Shown: positions 57,327 to 64,000 of the stretch, in pieces
How the letters are laid out: every line of letters begins with the position of its first letter
How positions within the stretch are numbered: position 1 is the first letter of the stretch
Assembly: GCA_018262985.1 (NCBI GenBank)
Contig: JADFDI010000001.1
Span: 325,027 to 389,026, forward strand
Length of the DNA stretch: 64,000 nt
Direction: 5' to 3'
Origin: Spirochaetota bacterium
GTDB taxonomy: Bacteria > Spirochaetota > Spirochaetia > Treponematales > UBA12059
The notes under the pieces: model-generated
The model's database searches: none
Told to the model about the DNA's origin: nothing
The model's input: the letters and a program-made list of their open reading frames with translations, nothing else
Made by a program: the position numbers and the translations under genes

Positions 57327-57938
57327 ATGACCCTGCACGGAAGGCCGCGCGGCAAGATAGCCCGCGCCCTCGGCCTCAACGTTTTCGGCAACCCCAAGTA
57401 CGACCGCCTGCTCGAACGGAAGCCCCACGGCCCCGGAAGGGCGCCCAAGGCCCGTTCGCGCAAGCGGAGCGATTTCGCGGTCCAGCTCCTGGAAAAGCAG
57501 AAGCTCCGGTATACCTACGGTTTCGGGGAGAAGCAGTTCCGGCGCTTCGTGGAGGAGGCGCTGACCGCGCCCGGTTCCACGGGCGACGCGCTGCTGGTCG
57601 CCCTCGAGTCGACGCTCGCGAACGCCGTGTGGCGCTCGGGTTGGGCGGCTTCGCGGCTGGCGGCCCGGCAGCTCGTGGTCCACGGGCACGTGCTCGTCGA
57701 CGGCCGCCGCGCCGACCGTCCCTCGATGCGCGTGCGGCCCGGAGCGAATCTCGAGCTCCGCGGCACCCAGGACCTCGCCACGCGGGCGCGCGCCGCGATC
57801 GAACGCCGCGGCCCCGCGCCCGCCTGGCTCGAGCGCGGCGAGGACGGCCTCGAGGCGCGCGTCGTCTCGCGCCCCGCGCCCGCCGACGCCGCCTTCCCCG
57901 GGGCTGTCCAGCTCGTCGTCGAGTATTACGCCCGCTGA
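57327..57938 (+). CDS. rpsD: 30S ribosomal protein S4 (divergent, no N-terminal Cys cluster)
   Basis: 203 aa. SDFAVQLLEKQKLRYTYGFGEKQFRRFVEEA, the S4 RNA-binding domain ARQLVVHGHVLVDGRRADRPSMRVRPG, and the C-terminal LVVEYYAR. Confidence 0.85.
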   Translation: MTLHGRPRGKIARALGLNVFGNPKYDRLLERKPHGPGRAPKARSRKRSDFAVQLLEKQKLRYTYGFGEKQFRRFVEEALTAPGSTGDALLVALESTLANAVWRSGWAASRLAARQLVVHGHVLVDGRRADRPSMRVRPGANLELRGTQDLATRARAAIERRGPAPAWLERGEDGLEARVVSRPAPADAAFPGAVQLVVEYYAR

Positions 57939-58080
57939 CCCGCGACCGCACGCGAGGGATGAGGGGGTCCGGGGCGGGAAGGGGCGTCGCGACGGCGACC
58001 GCGCCACGACGGCGGTCGCGCCAAGACGCCCCTTCTCCCCCGGCCGGTTCCCCGCAACCGCACACGACGCATGACGAACA

Positions 58081-58234
58081 AGCGGCGTGATAGCGGAAAC
58101 CCGGCTTGAGTCCTTGACGTGACGGTGACGCGGGGGGTGGCGCGGAGACACGCGCCCCCGACCATAAGGGAGGGGGTGAGTGTCCCCGCGACAGGCCCAC
58201 CCGAGGCCGGTCATGATAACGGCCTTCCGCCGCT
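58081..58234. repeat. 155-bp structured intergenic element, copy B
   Basis: See copy A (49320..49475). It has the same conserved blocks and termini, but the central hairpin has a different sequence at the same position. Confidence 0.8.
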
Positions 58235-58246
58235 GATCCTGTCGGG

Positions 58247-61200
58247 CTACTTCTTCTCTATGCAGAGCACCGTAAGGTCGTCGTACTGGCCGTCCTCGGA
58301 GAGGCCGTACCAGGCCACGTACTCGGGTTTGTCGGGGTCGGGGTTCGGGCGCTTGTCGCGGGCGTACAGGCGGTACTGATCGAAGTGCGCCTCCAGGAAG
58401 GCGTCGATCTTGGCGTCGACGAGGATGAAATCGCCCTTCGGGGTCGCCGGGTCCGGCACGACGCGGAAGATCTTCTCCACGGAGGCGAGCGCCAGCACGA
58501 GGTCCTCGACGGAGCCCGAGCAGGTCGAGAAGTCGAAGCCGAGCTTCTCGCCGGGCACCGGGTTCTCGGCCTTCCCGAGTTCGTAGCGGCCCCGGGCCAT
58601 GACCGCCGCCGAGACGTCCGGCACGCGGAAGGGACCGTCCTCCGGCGAGAAGAATTCGATCCGGGGCTGGTCCTGTATCGAGACCGAGCCGTCCGCGTTC
58701 CTCACCTCCACCTTCTCGAAGAGCGGCTCGAACTTCGGCCCGCGTATGGCGCGCTGGGCTTCCTCGAGGCCGTCGGTGTAGAGCATGAGCACGTCGTTCG
58801 GCCGCAGGGTCAGGCGGGTCTGCGTGAAGGGCGTCTTCATCTCGACCATGAAGTTGGGGAAGCTGCCGGCCGCCGGGGCCTCGGGAAGCTCGCGCGTGAC
58901 CATCTTGCCCGCGGCGCCGTCGAAGACGTGCAGGAACTTGTCGCCCGCGTGGGCCACCTCGACGACGCCCGAGCGGGCGTCGACCACGCCCGTGACGAAG
59001 GCGGCGAAGCGGCCCTTGAAGCCGCGGCCCTCGACCAGGTCGTTGACGCGGTAGCAGAGCTCGGCGAGCTTGATGCCGCGCGCGGGGGTCCAGCCCGCCC
59101 AGAAGTCGAGGAAGATGGTGGCCACCTCGACCATGATGAGGGCGGCCGGGACGCCCTTGCCCGCGACGTCGCACTTGATGAAGGCCCAGTGGCGCTCGTC
59201 GAGCTTCTCGAAGGTGAAGTAGTCGCCCGAGACGCCCTTCGCGCCTTCGTAGTAGCCGAAGGCTTCGAGGCCCGGAGCGGACTGCTTGAGCGTGGTCAGC
59301 TTGTTCCCCTGGGCGTTGCGCTCGAGGGGGATGAACATCTTCTGGGTTTCCTTGCCGACGGTGAGGTCCTTCGCGGCGGCGGCGGCCTTGACGAGGCCGC
59401 TCGTCATGTCCTCGACGGTGCCCGCGAGGATCGAGAGCTCGTCGCGGCTCTTGATGCCGATGCGGAAGCCCTCCAGCGTCGACTTGTCCTCGGTGTCGCG
59501 GATCTCCTCGATCTTCTCCACGAGGCGGCGTATCGGGTTCACGATGATGTTGGAGAGCACGATGGCGCCGACGATGCCGATGCCGAGGGCGACGAGGGCC
59601 ACGCCGCCGATGATGGCGAACAGGCCCTGCTGGGCGCGGCGGATGTCCGCGAGGATGAGCTCGGTGCCGAGCTCGAGGCGCACCATGCCCCGGAAGAAGC
59701 GGCCGTCGGTGCCTTGCCTGAAGAGTATGGGTTTCCAGAAGATGAAGGTCCGGGTCTCGCCCGATACCGCCTCCGGATCGAAGCGCGGGGTCGAGCCGAC
59801 GGACGCCTCCGCGATGGCGCCGAGCTTTTCCGTGAGGGTCAGCTCGAGGTCGCGGGCGGCCGCGCCGAGCTCGGCCACGCGGGCCTGGCTCGCCGCGTCG
59901 AGGCGCGCGGCGAGGGCGCGGGCCTCGGCCTGGAGGCTCGCGATGGATTCGGAGAGCGCGCCGACCTCGGCGGCCGCGGCCGCGTCGATGTCCTTGGCCG
60001 CCGCCTCGACGACGGACGAGACCGGGTCCTCGAGGACGGAGACTCCCGCCGCGAGCTCGGCCGTGTCGATCTTGTCGAGGATGCCGGGATCGTTGCTGGC
60101 CCAGACCGTGTCCGGCGAGGCGCTCGCGCCGGTTCCGTAAGCGGTGATGGTCACGTAGCGCGCCTCGTCGAGGGCGCGGGCCTGCTGCGGCAACTGCCCG
60201 AGCTCGATGAGGTTGCGGCCGGGCAGGTTGGAGCGGGCGCCCTGGGCGACGCTCTCGAGGAGGACGCGGGCGCGTTGCTCGAGGCCGCTCGCGAGGCTGG
60301 CGCGCTCGGTGGCGGTGACGAAATAGGCGAGCGGGGCCGCCAGCAGTACGACCACCGAAAGCACCAGGAGCGAGATGGTCAGCGTGAATTTCACGCGGAG
60401 CCCGGGACCCTGCGTCCGGAGCTTCCTTCGCGCGGCGGCGCGCGGTTCGGCGACTTGCATGGGGCTTCCTTCCACGAGGGCGATGATCTCGCGGCGCAGC
60501 GCGCCGCCCTCGACGACGACCCGGAGCGCCGTCCGCGAGGTGAGCACGATTCCTGCCAGGGCGAAGACGAAGGCGGCCAGCAGGGCCAGATCGGGAACGG
60601 AGAACACGAAACGGCGGGGGGACGGTTGCGGCTTCCAGACCGGTTTCCAGGTCGTCGCGAAGTCGCCGAATTTTATGGAGCCCGCGGCGTCGAAGGCGAC
60701 GCGAGGGGCGCTGAAGACCCAGCCGCGCGTGGGGTGGAGGACGCCCACGCGGTAGAGGCCCTCGTTCATGTCCGACGCCTCGATTCCGGAGATCACGCGG
60801 TCGGTCTCGACGCGGAAGCCGCCCGGACCCGGGAGGAACTCGCGGTCCCAGGGTTCCCTGCCGTCGAGGTCGAGGACCACGCGCGTGACCGCTCCGTCCT
60901 CGAGGAAACCGCGTCCGAGGATCCGCAGGGCGGCCTTGCCGAACGCGTCGCGCGAGGCGGCCACGTCGGAAACCACCGTGTAGGGCAGGAATTTGTCGGC
61001 GCGGAGCATGGTCCAGACCGTGTCGCCGACGTTGCCGACCGCGTCGAGGGCGGACACCGCGAAGACGTAGTAGCCGTCCTCGACGTTGCGGAAGGCGAGC
61101 GAACGCGCCTCGGTCCTCGAGGCCAGGTCCGGAGCCGGCACGCCGGCGGCCTCCACGAGCGCGCGCTCGTAATCCGTGGCGGGACCGAAGGCGTAGGCCT

Positions 61201-63070
61201 TGAGCTCGACCGGGCCGGACGCCGTGGCGGGAGCGGCGGGTCCGTCCCCTTCCCCGCCGCCGGGCAGGATCGCGGGCAGGCGGCGCGGCGGCACCTTGTC
61301 GAGGGGGCCGATCCAGCGGAGGCTCCAGACGTAGGAGCGCGCGTCGGGTTCGGGGGGCGGATCCCAGGAAAGCTCGAAGGTGTTGGAGAGGAGGAAGCCG
61401 TCCTCGCCGGCCGGAGGCGTGGCGATGAGCGGCACCGAGGGGGGCGTGCGGTCGCGCACGAAGCTCACCCGGGCGGGTTCGGACCAGTTGCCGGCGAAGT
61501 CGAGCGCGCGGACCGCGAAGTACCAGGCGCCGTCGGAGTCCGCCTCGAAGCCGCCTCTCGCGCCTGCCTCCGTCGACATGACGGTCGCGGGAGGAATCGC
61601 GGCGGGATCCTGGGTCCAGATCCAGGAATAGCCTTCGATGCCGGACGGGTCGGAAGGCGCGCTCCAGCGCACGGTCGCCGTCTCCCGGCGGGAGGCGAGT
61701 CCCGGCGTGAAATCGACGCCGGCGGGCGCGGGCGGGAGGGTCCGGGTGTCCGGTTCGAGCACCACCACGCGGGGGGATTCCGATTCCGTCTGCCAGGCCG
61801 CCCAGAGGCGGCCGTCCACCGCGGTTCCCCGGACTATCGCGCCCGGGTACGCGCCGGAAACGTCCCGGTCGCGCCAGTCGAGTCCGGAGCGGATCGCGAG
61901 GTGGATGCGGTTGTCGCCCCTGCGGTCGTCGTACCAGATGACCGCGGGTTCCCCCGCTAGCTCCACGATGCGCGGCTCCCCGGCCGAGCCCTGGCCGAGG
62001 GTGACCCGTTCGGCGCTGCCCCCGACGTAGGCGCCCGATCGGTCGAGCCTCGCGTAGTAGACCTGGGTCTGTCCGGCGAGCGAGCGACGTTCCCAGACGA
62101 GGGACAGGCCCCCGCCGACCGAAGCCAGGTGGGCGCGCTGGTTGTCGAAGCCGGCGGGGTCGCGGCGGGCTTGCGGGACGGGCTCCTCGAAGTCGGTGAT
62201 CCGCGCGGCCTTCGACCAGGTGAGGCCGCCGTCGGGACTCGTTTTGGAGAAGAGCTGGAAGGTCGGCCGGTCGCCGGACACGAGCGACTGGAACACGACC
62301 ACGTCGCGGCCCGAGCCGGACACGAAGGCGGCGCTGGGCAGGAAGGAGAGGAGGAGACCGTCCGCGTCGTCCACGAAGGGCTCGAAGTCCGTCCACTCGA
62401 CACCGTCGTCCGAGCGCGCGACCACGAGGCGGAGGCTCTCGCCGGCCACGGCGGCGCTCGCGGCGTCGGATCCGCCCGCCGCAGCGCCGCCTTCCGGCGT
62501 CCCGTCGGAACCTGCGGGAAGCCCGCCGTCGGCCTCGGCGCTCGATCCGCCGGCCGTCGCGAAGAGCAGCCAGCCGCCGTCCGAACGGGCGAAAAGCCGC
62601 GGCGCGACGACGGGCCAGGCGGAGGCGACCCGGGCGGGGGCTCCGAAACTCGAGCCCGAGTCGTCGGAGCGCCAGACCGTCACCTCGTTCTCGAGGGCCG
62701 TGCCGGCGACGACGACGGTGCGGCCCGACGCGGCCGCGGAGTAGAGGACCGGCTCGGTGCCGTTCCAGCGGAAGGGCCCGGCGAAGCGCGAGAGCGAGGC
62801 GGTGGCCGCGCCGCCTTTCGCGCGGCGCTCGAGGGAAACCCACGCCTCGCCTCCGTCGGAGGTCGCGCGCGATTCCTGCCAGAGCACCAGGGCTTCGCCG
62901 CCCGATTCGAGGACGGTCGGGAAGGAGGCCTGGCGCGAGACGAACACCCTCGCGAGCTCCCAATACTGGTCCGGGACGGCCGCCGATCCGGAGCCGGCGA
63001 GCAGGATGAGCAAGCCCGTCGTGGCCAGGGCGGCGAACGCGCGGCGATTCCGTGTCGTCCCGTTCCGCAT
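58247..63070 (-). CDS. giant receptor-type SpoIIE/PP2C serine phosphatase (signal peptide, BNR/sialidase-like propeller, Ig/FN3-like region, TM, second extracytoplasmic module, TM, HAMP, PP2C, C-terminal extension)
   Basis: 1607-aa track ORF. BNR-type motifs SDDSGSSF, SDDGVEWT, SPDGGLTWS. Three TM helices. HAMP segment NPIRRLVEKIEEI...ELSILAGTVEDMTSGL. PP2C block VSGDYFTF...FIKCDVAGKGVPAALIMV...AHAGD...LYTDGLEEA. The two larger overlapping track ORFs are R/G/P-rich shadow frames. Confidence 0.85.
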   Translation of the reverse strand: MRNGTTRNRRAFAALATTGLLILLAGSGSAAVPDQYWELARVFVSRQASFPTVLESGGEALVLWQESRATSDGGEAWVSLERRAKGGAATASLSRFAGPFRWNGTEPVLYSAAASGRTVVVAGTALENEVTVWRSDDSGSSFGAPARVASAWPVVAPRLFARSDGGWLLFATAGGSSAEADGGLPAGSDGTPEGGAAAGGSDAASAAVAGESLRLVVARSDDGVEWTDFEPFVDDADGLLLSFLPSAAFVSGSGRDVVVFQSLVSGDRPTFQLFSKTSPDGGLTWSKAARITDFEEPVPQARRDPAGFDNQRAHLASVGGGLSLVWERRSLAGQTQVYYARLDRSGAYVGGSAERVTLGQGSAGEPRIVELAGEPAVIWYDDRRGDNRIHLAIRSGLDWRDRDVSGAYPGAIVRGTAVDGRLWAAWQTESESPRVVVLEPDTRTLPPAPAGVDFTPGLASRRETATVRWSAPSDPSGIEGYSWIWTQDPAAIPPATVMSTEAGARGGFEADSDGAWYFAVRALDFAGNWSEPARVSFVRDRTPPSVPLIATPPAGEDGFLLSNTFELSWDPPPEPDARSYVWSLRWIGPLDKVPPRRLPAILPGGGEGDGPAAPATASGPVELKAYAFGPATDYERALVEAAGVPAPDLASRTEARSLAFRNVEDGYYVFAVSALDAVGNVGDTVWTMLRADKFLPYTVVSDVAASRDAFGKAALRILGRGFLEDGAVTRVVLDLDGREPWDREFLPGPGGFRVETDRVISGIEASDMNEGLYRVGVLHPTRGWVFSAPRVAFDAAGSIKFGDFATTWKPVWKPQPSPRRFVFSVPDLALLAAFVFALAGIVLTSRTALRVVVEGGALRREIIALVEGSPMQVAEPRAAARRKLRTQGPGLRVKFTLTISLLVLSVVVLLAAPLAYFVTATERASLASGLEQRARVLLESVAQGARSNLPGRNLIELGQLPQQARALDEARYVTITAYGTGASASPDTVWASNDPGILDKIDTAELAAGVSVLEDPVSSVVEAAAKDIDAAAAAEVGALSESIASLQAEARALAARLDAASQARVAELGAAARDLELTLTEKLGAIAEASVGSTPRFDPEAVSGETRTFIFWKPILFRQGTDGRFFRGMVRLELGTELILADIRRAQQGLFAIIGGVALVALGIGIVGAIVLSNIIVNPIRRLVEKIEEIRDTEDKSTLEGFRIGIKSRDELSILAGTVEDMTSGLVKAAAAAKDLTVGKETQKMFIPLERNAQGNKLTTLKQSAPGLEAFGYYEGAKGVSGDYFTFEKLDERHWAFIKCDVAGKGVPAALIMVEVATIFLDFWAGWTPARGIKLAELCYRVNDLVEGRGFKGRFAAFVTGVVDARSGVVEVAHAGDKFLHVFDGAAGKMVTRELPEAPAAGSFPNFMVEMKTPFTQTRLTLRPNDVLMLYTDGLEEAQRAIRGPKFEPLFEKVEVRNADGSVSIQDQPRIEFFSPEDGPFRVPDVSAAVMARGRYELGKAENPVPGEKLGFDFSTCSGSVEDLVLALASVEKIFRVVPDPATPKGDFILVDAKIDAFLEAHFDQYRLYARDKRPNPDPDKPEYVAWYGLSEDGQYDDLTVLCIEKK

Positions 63071-64000
63071 CAGTACCCCCGCGCCGCGAGGCGCGAGTCG
63101 AGATCGATGTAGTTCGGGACGCGGGCGGCCTGCGGATACGCCGCGACCAGTCGGTCCAGCCTGCCGCGGGCTTCGATGAAACTGCCCGAGGTGAAGAGCG
63201 CGATGGCCTGCTGGAGGAGTTCGGCTCCCGCGGTCGGCAGGCTCAGCGTGACGGTGCCGCCGGTGTAGGTGTTGAGGCGGTCCTTGAGCGCGGTCGCCTC
63301 GTCGTTGAGCCGGGCCGCCTCGCCGAGGCGAGGGTCGTTGGAAGGCACGAGCTTGATGGCGGCGTCGAGCTGGGCGACCGCGTTTTCGAACTGGGCCACC
63401 TGGCGGGAATCCCAGATGCGTCGGGCCTGTGCCACGAGGGCGCGCGCGCTGGCCACCGCGGCGGGGTCAGGCGGCGGCAGCCGGATGCCGAGCAGTATCT
63501 CCACGCGCTGGATCTCGGCGGCGAGCCCCGCGTAGCGCGGGTTGATGGCCTGGAGGTCGAGCAGGTCGGTATAGGCGGCCTGGAGGTCGCCGCGGGCCGC
63601 GATCTTGGCGCGGGCCTCGGTGAAAAGTTGCGCGAAGCGGGCGTTGCCGGCGGGCGGATCCACGCGCAGCAGGATGCGCAGCTCGAGGACACGCGCGTCC
63701 TGGTTGAGGGGGAAGACGACCTTCACTTCCTGGATCTTCTGCCGGGCGACGTCGAACGCCCGCAGGGCGCCGACCGTGTCGCGCTTGTCGAGCAGCGCCG
63801 AGCCTTCCTCGTAGTACCGGCGGGCCAGCGAAAGGAGCTGGCTCATCTCGGCGTAGAGGGGGGCCGTGACGGGAATGTCCCGGCCCGTCTTGATGGACAG
63901 GGCGGTCTGGACGATGGTCAGCCAGCTTTCCACCTCGTCGTTCCGGCCGGGGCGGGTGCGCGCCCAGGTGACGCGGGCGGACAGGAGCGACTGCTCGGCG
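63070..64000 (-). CDS. hypothetical helical-repeat protein, 5' end not in the window
   Basis: The track gives 63070..63933 from a GTG. I checked that the frame stays open to position 64000, so the start is undetermined. Its TGA shares one base with the ATG of the giant phosphatase gene (TGATG). Confidence 0.6.
   Translation of the reverse strand, partial: AEQSLLSARVTWARTRPGRNDEVESWLTIVQTALSIKTGRDIPVTAPLYAEMSQLLSLARRYYEEGSALLDKRDTVGALRAFDVARQKIQEVKVVFPLNQDARVLELRILLRVDPPAGNARFAQLFTEARAKIAARGDLQAAYTDLLDLQAINPRYAGLAAEIQRVEILLGIRLPPPDPAAVASARALVAQARRIWDSRQVAQFENAVAQLDAAIKLVPSNDPRLGEAARLNDEATALKDRLNTYTGGTVTLSLPTAGAELLQQAIALFTSGSFIEARGRLDRLVAAYPQAARVPNYIDLDSRLAARGY

Noticed and set aside
57183-62963. 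1926-aa (-) and 1191-aa (+, 58385..61960) ORFs, both longer than or comparable to the gene I call
   Set aside because: Both are R/G/P-rich without TM helices or domains. The 58247..63070 frame has a signal peptide, BNR motifs, TM helices, HAMP and PP2C motifs.

Overview
The window is very GC-rich (about 68% by eye), densely coding bacterial chromosome with an anaerobe-type core metabolism: pyruvate:ferredoxin oxidoreductase and acetate kinase. It also carries two Opp/Dpp-type peptide ABC transporters and a long co-directional housekeeping block (M23 peptidase, rpsU, DUF192, def, fmt, PASTA, DUF155, cyclase-STAND, UDG, priA). Signalling genes are unusually frequent: a 7TM-DISM receptor, a GGDEF cyclase, an MCP, a STAS protein, two SpoIIE/PP2C phosphatases (one of 1607 aa), a class III cyclase fused to a STAND NTPase, and a CheY-like receiver.

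I call about 52 protein-coding genes, most with starts re-trimmed from the longest-ORF track because GTG/TTG starts and GC-rich shadow frames inflate it. I also call one clear gene remnant. I found no rRNA, tRNA, CRISPR array, intact transposase or prophage.

The structure not explained by genes is all intergenic:
- A family of A-tract/CACGGAG...CTCCGTG/T-tract palindromic elements, six loci with four packed into 4.7 kb.
- A second ~155-bp element in two copies, with conserved flanks and a differently sequenced central hairpin.
- A 38-bp tandem array that has duplicated the 3' end of the neighbouring gene.
- Two near-canonical sigma54 -24/-12 promoters (hsp20 and a NapH-like Fe-S operon) with no activator gene in the window.

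The candidate novel gene-level systems are all inference only:
- The translationally coupled cyclase-STAND/UDG/PriA operon.
- The def-fmt-PASTA-DUF155 operon.
- A receiver/small protein/secreted transglutaminase-like operon.
- The giant BNR-HAMP-PP2C receptor.

All family assignments come from motifs I recognise by eye. No database search was run.
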